IMG/VR virus record: IMGVR_UViG_3300033146_003955
Location: 32,001 to 96,000 of that record
Strand: one strand, 5' to 3'
DNA: 64,000 nucleotides
Source: a virus
Below the pieces are notes generated by a model that was given only the letters and a program-made list of their open reading frames with translations, was not told the DNA's origin and did no database searches. Both the position numbers and the translations under genes were made by a program. This document shows, piece by piece, positions 1 to 11,155 of this stretch (position 1 is its first letter; each line of letters begins with the position of its first letter).

Positions 1-34
1 TTATGTTGCTACTACTCATAGTAATGATATATAT

Positions 35-2020
35 ATGATTGCAAGAGATATTCACATTGAGCCTACTAATGATTTGGCGTTTAACGTAAATGCCGATTTT
101 ATAGTTACTGCTGGAAGACATATAACTTTAACTTCAACTACTGGAATTATTACTCTTGATGATCTTCATATTGACAATCATCATTTATACAATCAAACTG
201 ATATACACATCTACTCTGAAGACGATAATGTAGATATTGATTCCGGTACTAGTGGAACTATTCAACTTGATGATATAATAATAAAAGATAATTATATATA
301 TAGAGATACAGGTGATATTCATATTGAAACACCAGACAGCATTTACATTGGTAAAGACGGTGAAGATGCTGACAATGTTTATATAAGATCTGAAAACTTT
401 ATAGTTGAAAGTAATAACGTTATGTTTACAAATGTTGATTTAGGCGATTTTATAGTATTCGATAATATCAAAATTAGACAAAATGAAGTATATACAACTG
501 GTGCAACTAGTTTACGGTTACGCTCTGAATCAAATATAGCGTTACAAACAGAAAATATTATCGAGTTCGAAGATTCGGCCGTTGCTCTTTTTATATCTAA
601 AATAGAATCAACTTTTACTAAAGATTTAAATGTTAAAAATGTTATATTTACGGATACTGAGATCGCAGATACTATTTCACTTTTTACAGCAACAACTGGA
701 GGAGTATCAACTCTTCATATGAGAACTAATCAGTTGAATGATGAAATTATAATTGAAAATGGTACAGACGGTACGTTAATAATAAATCAAAATGGTTTGA
801 CTATAAATGGTAATTTAACAGTAACCGGTACTCAATCAACTGTTAATTCCGTAAATACAGATATTGCAGATTCTACTTTCACGATTAAAACTGCAGCGTC
901 TCCTATAGACGGAGATGCTTCTTATGAAGTTCAAAGAGCGGTAAATAATGCTAAACTTCTGTGGAATGAAAGTGAAGATTATTGGAAGTTAGATATGGGA
1001 GACGGAATTCAACATAATATTATTTTTGATGGATATAATGAACAATTTGAAGATAATATAAATATAGTGACTTCAGCTCCAGCAGGTTTTAAACTTGAAA
1101 ATGACCATGCAATTGCAGGTATAGAACTTCTTAATCCTGATTTAACAAATACAAATCCTGGGGAAGGTATATTAAATTTAGGTCTTCATATGAATAAAGC
1201 AGAAGGCTTCATACAAAACAAATTAGGTTACGAAGCAGAATCTGTAGGAGCGTGGATATCAATCAATACAAAATTGAGTGAAAGAAGTTTTAAGTGGATG
1301 TGGGAAGACGTTAACTCATCAGTTGAAAAAGAGATGGCATCACTTAAATTAAATAATCAAAGTGTTGCACAAGGATTATCTACTCAATCAGATTTAGGAT
1401 ACTTTAAAACACCGTGGATTAGAACTTCTGCTGTTGAAGTATATGGAGAAGGGGGAGTTGCAAGTACCGGTTTGTTTATGGGTTCAGGTGCAACGACTCC
1501 TCACGGATATGTATTATCTGATGATGAAATTGTGCTATCTGTTAATGGTGAAAATAGTTTTCATATAGTTCCTTCCGGTGACGTGACAATATTACATGAA
1601 TTATATGCCGAAAAAGTACACAACGCAGTTTGGGGTGATATTGCTGAGTGCTGGATTAAATTAAATGGTTATGAATTTGATTATCATCAAGTTGTAGTAC
1701 GAACAGAAAATGGTGTAAGGCCTTCTAATAAAAGAGCAGAAAAAGCAACTATTGGTGTAATTTCAGACACATACGGTTATTTACTGAAGTCGGACGAATT
1801 TAACCCTAAAGATTTTAAGGGTTCTAAATCTGTTCCTATAGCTTTATCTGGTACTGTAAAATGTATTTTAAGTGGTAGAGCAAAAATTGGCGATGAAGTC
1901 GTATCATATAAAAACGGTAAAGTAATTAAAGCCAACTGGTTTGAACATATATTTATGAGAGACAGAATAATAGGTATAATTGATAATCTACAAAACGGTT
2001 GTATAGTAAAGGTAAAGTAA
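35..2020 (+). CDS. Tail fibre/spike-like virion protein with C-terminal chaperone-like (DxAE) domain; probably 5'-truncated by the window edge
   Basis: Frame is open from base 2. Beta-rich repeats, an 'INGNLTVTGTQSTVNS...DSTFTI' fibre motif, and C-terminal 'WGDIAE...IGVIS..YGYLL...VPIALSGTV'. Confidence 0.65.
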   Translation: MIARDIHIEPTNDLAFNVNADFIVTAGRHITLTSTTGIITLDDLHIDNHHLYNQTDIHIYSEDDNVDIDSGTSGTIQLDDIIIKDNYIYRDTGDIHIETPDSIYIGKDGEDADNVYIRSENFIVESNNVMFTNVDLGDFIVFDNIKIRQNEVYTTGATSLRLRSESNIALQTENIIEFEDSAVALFISKIESTFTKDLNVKNVIFTDTEIADTISLFTATTGGVSTLHMRTNQLNDEIIIENGTDGTLIINQNGLTINGNLTVTGTQSTVNSVNTDIADSTFTIKTAASPIDGDASYEVQRAVNNAKLLWNESEDYWKLDMGDGIQHNIIFDGYNEQFEDNINIVTSAPAGFKLENDHAIAGIELLNPDLTNTNPGEGILNLGLHMNKAEGFIQNKLGYEAESVGAWISINTKLSERSFKWMWEDVNSSVEKEMASLKLNNQSVAQGLSTQSDLGYFKTPWIRTSAVEVYGEGGVASTGLFMGSGATTPHGYVLSDDEIVLSVNGENSFHIVPSGDVTILHELYAEKVHNAVWGDIAECWIKLNGYEFDYHQVVVRTENGVRPSNKRAEKATIGVISDTYGYLLKSDEFNPKDFKGSKSVPIALSGTVKCILSGRAKIGDEVVSYKNGKVIKANWFEHIFMRDRIIGIIDNLQNGCIVKVK

Positions 2021-2553
2021 TGATTGAGCATAATAAATTAAAATTTTTTAAAGTAGGTTGGCAAAAGACCTTGCATATTATAGGTGCTGGTCCATCTTTA
2101 AGAGGTTTTGACTTTAACTCTTTGAAACAAGAAGCCGTTATGACACTTAATAGTTCAATTTACCATCTTCCAATTAAACCAGATTACCATGTATATTGTG
2201 AACCTGTTGCAAAGGAAAGAGAACATTACTCAAAAATGAATGCATTTCAAAGAGTGAAAAAATTTTCAATACATGACTATCCAGAATGGTCTCATATAGC
2301 TCCGTTTCCGGGAATTGAAAATTTAGCTTTTCAAATTGCAATACTTTTAGGTAAGGAAATGAATTATAAGGAAATACATCTCTACGGTTATGATTTCTCA
2401 TTTATAGATGGTTGGATATATTGGTGGGACGAACAGCAAAGAAATATGGAAGATGTACAAGATAAATTGATAATATTGAATAAACAAAAAATAATATTTG
2501 ATAATTTTATTAAAAATATTTCAAATATTATTATACATACTAAAGAGGAATGA
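2020..2553 (+). CDS. DUF115/MptE-like or glycosyltransferase-like Rossmann protein
   Basis: IIGAGPSL, LN, DY and 'LG..YKEIHLYGYDF' motifs. ATG at 2020 overlaps the upstream stop. Confidence 0.55.
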   Translation: MIEHNKLKFFKVGWQKTLHIIGAGPSLRGFDFNSLKQEAVMTLNSSIYHLPIKPDYHVYCEPVAKEREHYSKMNAFQRVKKFSIHDYPEWSHIAPFPGIENLAFQIAILLGKEMNYKEIHLYGYDFSFIDGWIYWWDEQQRNMEDVQDKLIILNKQKIIFDNFIKNISNIIIHTKEE

Positions 2554-3257
2554 AGATGAGCGATTACGATTTAGCAATAAAAGATTTTCTTAAAACCACT
2601 CGTGCAATGGAGACTAATATTGTTACTGTAATTTCTGATTCTAATAGAAATATTGAAGTAATATTAAAAGAGCTATTGATATATTTAGATGCTACATCTA
2701 AAAATTTAGAGAAAATATTAGTTTTTACAGATGATGAAAAAGCAAATAAAAATAAAAGTATTGAAATTGAAATAAAAATGATATCTGATAAAGTAAAACT
2801 TTACCATGATAAATTGTTAGATTTAGAAATTGAAAATACGAAAAAGATTTTATCCTTAGTTAAACAAGTTGGACTTAGTAATAACAAAATAATGAAACAG
2901 ATAATTGTTATTACTAATAAAATAGGAAAATCTTTGCAATCACAAGATATTGTATTAAATACAACGATAGAAAATATGAATGAAATTAAAACTTTGTTAA
3001 AAATTATAACTAATGAAGTTAAAGATACCAAAGATAATTTAAAAGCTAGTCAAGGTGATTTTGTTTCAGTTATAGATAATTTATTGGATTCAAATACAAG
3101 AGCAACAATAGCGAAAGAAACTGTTCATATACAAGAAATTAAAACTGATGAAGAAAAATTTAAAGCCAAGATTTCTCTTACAGCAAAAATTGCAGGTTTA
3201 TTATTAGGTTCAGGTTCTGTTATTTATTTAATAATAGATATAATGTTAGGAGGCTGA
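2550..3257 (+). CDS. Coiled-coil protein with C-terminal transmembrane helix
   Basis: Heptad-rich body with hydrophobic C-terminus IAGLLLGSGSVIYLIIDIML. Confidence 0.5.
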   Translation: MKMSDYDLAIKDFLKTTRAMETNIVTVISDSNRNIEVILKELLIYLDATSKNLEKILVFTDDEKANKNKSIEIEIKMISDKVKLYHDKLLDLEIENTKKILSLVKQVGLSNNKIMKQIIVITNKIGKSLQSQDIVLNTTIENMNEIKTLLKIITNEVKDTKDNLKASQGDFVSVIDNLLDSNTRATIAKETVHIQEIKTDEEKFKAKISLTAKIAGLLLGSGSVIYLIIDIMLGG

Positions 3258-3258
3258 T

Positions 3259-3831
3259 ATGGCTTTTGATAAAAGAATAACGGAATCATTTAATAATATG
3301 AAAAATAGAATATATAAAAGTGGAAATTTTCACGATAAATATAATTTTGATGAACTTGTAACAATTTTAAATAATGAAAACCTTAGTAAAGATGAGTTAG
3401 AAATTCTTAAACTTTTTAAAAAGTATATAAGTAATATAAAAGATATAGTTGAAGATATTGGTACTAAAATATGTGATTTACAAAAATTAGATTTTTATAA
3501 TAAAATTCGTGTTGAGGAGTTTATTAGAGAAATTATTTTGCTAATAGACGGGTTCATAGACGCTTTAAATGCAATTGGAGATGTAATTGAGTTCGAAGAT
3601 AACCGTATAAATATGATAACATCTCTTGCTAGATTAAAATCATTAAGACAAAGTTTAATACAGAAAATGGTTGAATACAATAGAATAACTGCTGGGATAA
3701 ATTTTTCTAATGATCAATCGAACATGATACAAGTTCTAATTGTAGATATTATTGACTCTATAATTATAGAAACTTTTAAATTAAGAATATTAAAACTTTA
3801 CGAAATATTAAGCAAGAAGGTTGTTGAGTGA
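3259..3831 (+). CDS. Hypothetical helical protein
   Basis: ORF with GGAGG SD, tightly packed in the operon. Confidence 0.6.
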   Translation: MAFDKRITESFNNMKNRIYKSGNFHDKYNFDELVTILNNENLSKDELEILKLFKKYISNIKDIVEDIGTKICDLQKLDFYNKIRVEEFIREIILLIDGFIDALNAIGDVIEFEDNRINMITSLARLKSLRQSLIQKMVEYNRITAGINFSNDQSNMIQVLIVDIIDSIIIETFKLRILKLYEILSKKVVE

Positions 3832-6800
3832 TAAAAAATATTGTTATAACGAAACAGGGCGATGAGGCTGAAAATTCAAATAATACTCTATTTATGTCTC
3901 CATCTTCTTGGATTGAAGGCGGTGCTAATCTCATCCTTTTTAAAAATGACAAAATACTCATTAACGGTACAGATTATTCAGTTAACGATTTTCAAAATAT
4001 TGAATTAGCAGCAAGTGCCAAGGCAGCAGATAATATAAAGTTTGTGATTACCCAGTTGGATGATCCTTCGGAACTTTTATCTTATGATGATAGAGTACAG
4101 CAATTAGACAGATTAAATAAAAAAACAGCAGGAAAAGCTCAAACATCAATAGAAAAAAGAGTAACTGAAGAAACAATACCATCTAAATTTATAATTCACT
4201 CTGATGATGTTTGGACTACTACTATTTCTTCAGATATTTCTACTGCTCTTCAAGAACAAGCAATAAATTTCCATACCAAATTATTCTTAAAAGAAGACAC
4301 AACAGTAGCTAATCAAAAAGGGTGGTATGCTACAACAGATAATACACTTGAAGGTAGAATAACAAATTGGGTTCCTGGAGATTTTGGTAAATCTTATATT
4401 GTAAGACTATATGACTTTAATGACAATGAAATACCATCATCAGATGGTATGAATTGGTACTGGGATTATCAATCTGGTTATTTAACAATACAAAATGATT
4501 TTGATTTCCCAACACCATTTAAGATAACAGGTGCTTCTTATAATGGTCGTTTTGGTATAGGTTCACTTAAAAATTGGAAAGAACCAGTTTTTTCAATTGC
4601 GGATCTTCCTCTTTACCACAATGATGATGGCGATGTCCGTCTTATTTTAACTGAAAACAAATTATATAGGTTTGATAGTCTTCTACCAGGATGGGAACCT
4701 CTTTCCTATGGTTCTCAAGCGTTTAAAGACCCCGTATTAAGTAATATGGATCTTCCGGATGTAAATAATATGCGTGGCGATATACGTCTTGTTATGGAGG
4801 AATCTAATCTTTACGTTTTTGACGATGCTATGGGTTTAAACGGTGGATGGGTTTTGTTAACTGGTCATGGTTTTAATCCATCTAACTTCTATGATAAAGA
4901 GCAAACAGATGCTCTTCTCAATTTAAAATCTAATACAGGTCACACTCATGATACTATTTACTTAAGAGATGAGGAAGTTAAAAATTTAGTTAGATGGAGA
5001 CCATCGAGAGCTGATTTTAATGATTTACCTCCTTATACAGAAAATAGAGATGGTGATGTAATTCTTACGCGAGATGATAATACTATTTATAGATGGTATG
5101 ATGATAATCCTAATCTGTCCCAAGGCCATTGGGAAGCTATTTTCCAATCTAATTTTTCTTGGAAAACACCAGTTACCATGGCTATAGATTTACCTACTGT
5201 AGGTAACGCGCCTGGTGAATGCAGATTGGTGACTGAAGAGCAGAAAATATATTTTTGGGACGGAGTAAACTGGTACGCAATAGTAGCTGATGCGGCACCA
5301 CACTATCATGATGATAGATATTTACTTAAAACGTCTCTCAACTGGAAACAACCTGTTAACAGTGAAGGGGATTTACCATCAATAAATAATAATGATGGTG
5401 ATATTCGCCTTACACTTGATACATCTATAATCTATAGATGGCATAACGCAACTTCTGAGTGGTTACAGGTAATAGCAGACATATCATGGCTTCCTCCAAT
5501 TACAACATTCGCTCAACTTCCATTAACAGCTAAAGATAATGATGTGGTATACATTAAAGAATATAATAAACTTTATGTATATGATGTTGACACATGGAAA
5601 CAAATAGAATCTGTAGGTTCAGGTCATGATCATGATGATTTATATTATTCAAAATCTGAAATAGATAATATTATAAATGTTATAACAGTTGATTTTGACA
5701 ATCATACACATGATGGTATAAACACACAAAAAATTAATTACAATAATCTCCTTAATATACCGACTTTCTATTGGAAAAATCCAGTAGTATTTGAATCTGA
5801 ACTTCCTATTGTTGATAATGAGATAGGAGATGCAAGAATAGTTGTTGATGCAAAATCCATATATGTGTGGGACGGTAATCAGTGGCAACTTGTATCTAAT
5901 GGTACTATTGTTGCAGAACATGACCACGATGACAGATACTATACCGAAGCAGAAGTAACTGCTCTAATTGATGCAGCTACTACAAATATCTTAATTCAAT
6001 TAAATGATAAATCTGATGTAACACATACACATGATGATAGGTATTATACTGAACTTGAAATGGATATTGCTCTTGCAGATAAAGCTGATAGAATACATTC
6101 TCACCCCTATGCTTCAGATACGCATCTTCACGATGATAGGTATTACAAAAAAATAGATTTACAAACAGCAGGTGGTGGAACAGTTCATTGGGACAATATA
6201 ACTAATAAACCTCTTTCGATAACTGATTCATGGCAAACACCAGTTCAATCAGAATCAAATCTTCCACTTATAAATAATAACACTGGTGATTTACGTCTTG
6301 TATTAGATACTTCTGACGTATGGAGATATGACGGTTCAGACTGGATTATTGTAGGACATTGGGCCGGTCCTTCTATTGATCATTGGGAAGCTCCAGTAGA
6401 ATTGGCATCTGAATTACCTTATGGCGGCAATTCAGATGGAGATATTCGTCTTGTAATGGATGAAGGTACTTTATATAGATGGGTACTTTTAACTTCAACA
6501 TGGGAACCTATGATTGGTGGTACAGCAGAATGTGATTGTCCTCCTCCAGGTAATGATGATGGTACTGGAATTGGTACCATGGAGATTCAAGTTTACATAA
6601 ATGGTTTACAAGGTTTCGAAGATGAAGATTGGGAACGTCCCACTTCAACATCTATACGAATATTAGCTGATGTTGGCCCATTAGATATAATATCAATATT
6701 AGTTATAGGTGACGAGGTAACAAGATATAATTTTAGAGGTGAGGCTGAAGGCCAAATTGAAATTAACCTCTCTACAACTTTTTATAGACAAGAATTAGAA

Positions 6801-8897
6801 CTTTCAGTTCAAACTTCTTTATTTACTATTCCAAACCCCTATCATCCAGGTCAAAAAGATTTAATTCTTTGGGTTAACGGTGTATTACAGAGAGTTGGTG
6901 AAGATTATACTGAATTATCATCTACACAATTTCTTTTCACACGAATGTTAGATATAGGCGACCGTATTTTAATTATAATTTTAGGTTCAACTAGTGGAAG
7001 TGAAAGTTATAGCAGAGAAGATTACGTAGTTAGCGAACTTAATCAAACAATGAGTATGATAAATGAATATGCTATGGGTACCCAACAGCTCTTGGTTTAT
7101 TACAACGGTCAGCTTCAGCTTGAAGGTGATGATTATACCGAACTTGATACGACAACTATAAGATTTGAAAATAGATTGTTGGAACTTGATGATTTTGTAA
7201 CATTTATTATTCTTAAAGGTTTAGCGGTTGGCGGTACTGGCGGCAGTATTATTAATTACGCATCTGACTTATTACTTGGTTGGCCAACAGATAATTCATG
7301 GTCTGATGGCTATGTAGAACTAGTTCCTACCATGAATGTCGCTGATGCCATCGACGAATTAAATGAAGCTGTTTTAGAATTAATACCATCAGAATTAATA
7401 TCATTAGAAGATATAAATCTTGAATCTGAAGGAATAGATTTAGTATCTGGTTTTGTTGCAGATGGTAATGCATATATTGAAGGACAACCTGGAGACTATT
7501 TCAATTATTTAACTAAAAATAGAGAATTCTATCTTTTGACACCTTTTGATAATTCTTTTGCTAAAGCTGATCAAGGTACACTTCGTCTTTTTGTTAATGG
7601 AATTGAAGTTGATAATTTTAGTCTAGAAGACGCATTTGTGGATAGTGATAGAAATGGGAATCAAACAGCTGCACATTATGGTCAAGTAAATGCTGGCGCT
7701 AACGCCAATGTTGGTGTTGCAGGTACTGGAGGTGCTATAAGAAATTCATCCAATGGTTTTATTCAAATAATGTCTATAAATAAATATAATTATAAAAAAA
7801 TACAAAAAGGATTTGTTAGATTTAAATTTTTTAATGGTCTTCTTCGACATGGATATAATTATATTTATGTTATTCATCAATATGGGAGTGTTGTTAACAC
7901 CACTAAACAATTTAAATTTTTTATGGATACTCAGCATGCATTTCCCGAATTTTCTGGGACTCAAACTTTTTTTCCTCAAAATATACAATCAAATAAATTT
8001 ACTTCTGGCGTTAAATATTATTCTATTGGAGACTCATTTAAAACTACATTAAGTTTTATCAATATGAGCTATACTGTATATTCAGCGGAGCCATTAATGT
8101 TAGATATGCCAGGACTAAAACCTACGCATATAGAATATAATGATTCACGTCTTTTAGGAGTAAGTAATCCACCACATAGAAACGACGGTAATGTAGAATA
8201 TCGTGGTGTATTTGTTTTGAACGAATTTAATGAATATTCTATTGATGCAACATTAACAGTAAAAACTAATACGCCATTTGGCCCAGGAAATGAATATGTA
8301 TTTATTACTAAAAATCGTTTAGTAAACACATATACTAACGGTTCATCTAATTTGGTTGAATTTTTTAGAGATGAAATTTTTCGTCTCTATGAAGGGGAAT
8401 ACGATACCGTTCCTGTACAACGAAATCATATTTGGAATTCTGTTCTCCCATTAGAAGAAAATCAAGCTCTTTTATTTGATAGAGGCTTGAGATATGCTAA
8501 TATGAGTTTTATAGATTATATGCCAGCACAAACTGTAGATTATTCTAACTTTACAGGACCACAAACTTATTACCGCGCATTTTACAAAATGCAACCGAAA
8601 AATAATGGTTATTTTATTATAGATGGAATCATTAAAAATGATTTGTTAGATAATAAGATAATAATAGATATTAAGCTTCCAACACAAACTGGTTGGCTTT
8701 CTTTAAATACATATTATGAAGTATCTAGTTTTAATGGCGAAGATGGTGATGGATGTTTAATTGATATTGTTGACAATAAATTTTATTATTCATCAGGAAT
8801 CTTTTCTACAGTTTATAGTGGTTTTTTGTTGATATTTAAAGTTACACTTCCAGATGAAACAGCACCGACTATGACGTATTTAGAATTAAGATGGTAA
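3828..8897 (+). CDS. Large (1689 aa) repeat-containing virion/tail fibre protein
   Basis: About 9 copies of W-x-x-P-V-x4-LP-x3-N-x2-GD-x-RL-x6-Y-x-W, several H-x-HDDRYY motifs, and 'VYxNGxLQxxGxDYxE' modules typical of large-phage structural proteins. Confidence 0.75.
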   Translation: MIKNIVITKQGDEAENSNNTLFMSPSSWIEGGANLILFKNDKILINGTDYSVNDFQNIELAASAKAADNIKFVITQLDDPSELLSYDDRVQQLDRLNKKTAGKAQTSIEKRVTEETIPSKFIIHSDDVWTTTISSDISTALQEQAINFHTKLFLKEDTTVANQKGWYATTDNTLEGRITNWVPGDFGKSYIVRLYDFNDNEIPSSDGMNWYWDYQSGYLTIQNDFDFPTPFKITGASYNGRFGIGSLKNWKEPVFSIADLPLYHNDDGDVRLILTENKLYRFDSLLPGWEPLSYGSQAFKDPVLSNMDLPDVNNMRGDIRLVMEESNLYVFDDAMGLNGGWVLLTGHGFNPSNFYDKEQTDALLNLKSNTGHTHDTIYLRDEEVKNLVRWRPSRADFNDLPPYTENRDGDVILTRDDNTIYRWYDDNPNLSQGHWEAIFQSNFSWKTPVTMAIDLPTVGNAPGECRLVTEEQKIYFWDGVNWYAIVADAAPHYHDDRYLLKTSLNWKQPVNSEGDLPSINNNDGDIRLTLDTSIIYRWHNATSEWLQVIADISWLPPITTFAQLPLTAKDNDVVYIKEYNKLYVYDVDTWKQIESVGSGHDHDDLYYSKSEIDNIINVITVDFDNHTHDGINTQKINYNNLLNIPTFYWKNPVVFESELPIVDNEIGDARIVVDAKSIYVWDGNQWQLVSNGTIVAEHDHDDRYYTEAEVTALIDAATTNILIQLNDKSDVTHTHDDRYYTELEMDIALADKADRIHSHPYASDTHLHDDRYYKKIDLQTAGGGTVHWDNITNKPLSITDSWQTPVQSESNLPLINNNTGDLRLVLDTSDVWRYDGSDWIIVGHWAGPSIDHWEAPVELASELPYGGNSDGDIRLVMDEGTLYRWVLLTSTWEPMIGGTAECDCPPPGNDDGTGIGTMEIQVYINGLQGFEDEDWERPTSTSIRILADVGPLDIISILVIGDEVTRYNFRGEAEGQIEINLSTTFYRQELELSVQTSLFTIPNPYHPGQKDLILWVNGVLQRVGEDYTELSSTQFLFTRMLDIGDRILIIILGSTSGSESYSREDYVVSELNQTMSMINEYAMGTQQLLVYYNGQLQLEGDDYTELDTTTIRFENRLLELDDFVTFIILKGLAVGGTGGSIINYASDLLLGWPTDNSWSDGYVELVPTMNVADAIDELNEAVLELIPSELISLEDINLESEGIDLVSGFVADGNAYIEGQPGDYFNYLTKNREFYLLTPFDNSFAKADQGTLRLFVNGIEVDNFSLEDAFVDSDRNGNQTAAHYGQVNAGANANVGVAGTGGAIRNSSNGFIQIMSINKYNYKKIQKGFVRFKFFNGLLRHGYNYIYVIHQYGSVVNTTKQFKFFMDTQHAFPEFSGTQTFFPQNIQSNKFTSGVKYYSIGDSFKTTLSFINMSYTVYSAEPLMLDMPGLKPTHIEYNDSRLLGVSNPPHRNDGNVEYRGVFVLNEFNEYSIDATLTVKTNTPFGPGNEYVFITKNRLVNTYTNGSSNLVEFFRDEIFRLYEGEYDTVPVQRNHIWNSVLPLEENQALLFDRGLRYANMSFIDYMPAQTVDYSNFTGPQTYYRAFYKMQPKNNGYFIIDGIIKNDLLDNKIIIDIKLPTQTGWLSLNTYYEVSSFNGEDGDGCLIDIVDNKFYYSSGIFSTVYSGFLLIFKVTLPDETAPTMTYLELRW

Positions 8898-8907
8898 GGA
8901 GTTTACA

Positions 8908-9504
8908 TTGAGACTTAAAAAATTAACAAATAAATTTGAATTAAGCAAAAATTACGAAAATGAACAGAAAATGGTTTTATCTTCTATAATATCTCGTTTA
9001 AATAGAGTAGGTGATTTTTTTGATGTTATTATAAAATTAGAAAAATTTATAATAGAAGAAGTTCGTGATGAGTATACTGAATTAACAAATGTAAGAGCAG
9101 ATAAAGATAAAATTGTTATGAATGATAGTTTATTTGATTATACAAATAAACACTTTCTTCCAGCTGTTGATAATTTAAATAATAAGATTGAACTTTCAGT
9201 TCAAAGCTGGAACTATGTAGAAAGAGAATATACAACAGGTAAAATATATGGATTTGTAAGTGCTATAAAAAATTTTTATAAAGAATTAAACATGTTGGAA
9301 GGTCAAGATGATGAAAATGATTTACATCCTTCATCAACAACAGAAGCAATAAAAGATTTAATTAATGATTTCGATAGATTTAAAATATACAAGGCAATAA
9401 TGAGTGAAAACATAATTAATAGAATAGAAATTTTGTTATCAATGCAGGTAGATATATTAGAGTCTAATAGTGAGAGTAAAAAATTAACTTTAGACGATTT
9501 GTAA
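8908..9504 (+). CDS. Hypothetical protein
   Basis: TTG start after AAGGAG. Confidence 0.55.
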   Translation: MRLKKLTNKFELSKNYENEQKMVLSSIISRLNRVGDFFDVIIKLEKFIIEEVRDEYTELTNVRADKDKIVMNDSLFDYTNKHFLPAVDNLNNKIELSVQSWNYVEREYTTGKIYGFVSAIKNFYKELNMLEGQDDENDLHPSSTTEAIKDLINDFDRFKIYKAIMSENIINRIEILLSMQVDILESNSESKKLTLDDL

Positions 9505-9514
9505 GGAGAAAAAT

Positions 9515-9751
9515 ATGGCAACGAAAAAGCAGGATGACGCAGTAAGGGCAATAGATAATTTATTACATAATTTAAATCGTCCTAAATTTATACCTCGAGA
9601 AGATATCGTTTACTTTTATAATGAAATAGAAACCAATTATAATAGTAATATAGATAGTATTGAAACTATTCTTTTTGAAGAAATTAAAGATGAAGAAAAA
9701 TTCGATAAATTAAAAAAAATTAGTAATTTGTTAGAAATTAATATATTCTAA
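9515..9751 (+). CDS. Hypothetical protein
   Basis: AAGGAG SD; operonic. Confidence 0.55.
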   Translation: MATKKQDDAVRAIDNLLHNLNRPKFIPREDIVYFYNEIETNYNSNIDSIETILFEEIKDEEKFDKLKKISNLLEINIF

Positions 9752-9993
9752 TGTCTATACAAAATTTACAAAATATAATTAAAGCTCGAGAAATACAACA
9801 GGGTCGTCCTATGACGGAAGAGGAACGACCCTCGCAAGTTGATGAAACAACAGAAATATTAAGATTAATGTTTGCTTATTTAAAAAAAACATTCGGCGAG
9901 ATAAACTCGAATATAACGCAAATGAATCAAGAAATTAATATAATTAAAATTCAACAACAGAAGATTATTGATATATATACTAAAGATAATTAG
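9751..9993 (+). CDS. Small coiled-coil protein
   Basis: Start overlaps the upstream stop. Confidence 0.5.
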   Translation: MSIQNLQNIIKAREIQQGRPMTEEERPSQVDETTEILRLMFAYLKKTFGEINSNITQMNQEINIIKIQQQKIIDIYTKDN

Positions 9994-9998
9994 TAATT

Positions 9999-11084
9999 AT
10001 GAATGATGAAGAATATAAATTAGATAAAGTATATAAGGCAGCTCTCAATCGAGAATTCACGTCCACGAGTAAAGAGTGGTATGAAGAAACTCCTAGCAAA
10101 GAAGTACCTGTAAAATTATCTAATGTTTGGATTGATGATATACCTTCAGTACCTCCGCCTATAACAACTGAAGTTGTGGAGATGGTACAAGATTTAATAT
10201 TGACAGAGGATAGAACAGTTTTAGAACATAAAACATGGTTTACATGTGAAACACCCGGTCTCCTCAATACACGTCTACAAGATTTTATTCAACCTTCTAA
10301 GGGTTATGATATTAAGTATCATGTTAAATTGTATGATAATTCTGGTAAACAAGTTTATATCGGTGAAGAACTAGAATGGGAATTTGATTATTTAAGCGGT
10401 ATTGTTTTTTTTAAAGAAGATCCTCTTAATAAATATGTTCAACCCTTCCATTTATATGGATACAGATATGTTGGTCGTTATGGTTCACTAGACGATTTAA
10501 GTGGTGGTTCTGCTTCCGGTGAAACTGGTGCTACGACACTTGACGAAGCTTATGATGGCGGAAGAACAATTGAAGCTGACGAAGGACCCATACGAATAAC
10601 TGCGTCCAATGGTTCGTCATCTTTACAGGTCGATCCTATAAATTATACACCTGTTAATAATTTAGCTCCTGGACAAATAGTAAATAGGGAAGGTATATTA
10701 TACATCTACGATGAGTCAAGAGCTACCTGGATTTCTATGATTAGACAAGCTATAGCTTTTGGTGCTAAGAGAGCTGATGGTGTATTTATGAATCTATCAA
10801 ACTTCACATCTAATATGTCTGGCTGGCCAGCTTTAAGAAAAGGTATGATTGTCGGCATAACAGCTCAAGCTTCCGGTGGCTATTCGAGGAAACATATTGA
10901 CATAAAAATTAAAGGTGACGAAAATAATCTTTTCGGCTTCGACCTCTTTGACCATTACTACTCGAACGGAAATATGGATATCTCATTTAACGAAAACGAT
11001 TTACTTCAGATATTAGTATCCTCACAATATGAAATGACTTACGGATTAATTATAAACTTAGAAATTGCATGGAGACTTTCTTAA
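9999..11084 (+). CDS. Virion structural protein; N-terminal module paralogous to part of 3828..8897
   Basis: Both share the pattern VW...LxEDxTV...W...YxVxLYD...WxxDYxSG...YxGRxG. Confidence 0.6.
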   Translation: MNDEEYKLDKVYKAALNREFTSTSKEWYEETPSKEVPVKLSNVWIDDIPSVPPPITTEVVEMVQDLILTEDRTVLEHKTWFTCETPGLLNTRLQDFIQPSKGYDIKYHVKLYDNSGKQVYIGEELEWEFDYLSGIVFFKEDPLNKYVQPFHLYGYRYVGRYGSLDDLSGGSASGETGATTLDEAYDGGRTIEADEGPIRITASNGSSSLQVDPINYTPVNNLAPGQIVNREGILYIYDESRATWISMIRQAIAFGAKRADGVFMNLSNFTSNMSGWPALRKGMIVGITAQASGGYSRKHIDIKIKGDENNLFGFDLFDHYYSNGNMDISFNENDLLQILVSSQYEMTYGLIINLEIAWRLS

Positions 11085-11155
11085 TAAAGCATATTTAATT
11101 ATATATAAAATTGATTCTTTAATACTATATTAAAAAATAATATAAGGAGAAGCTA

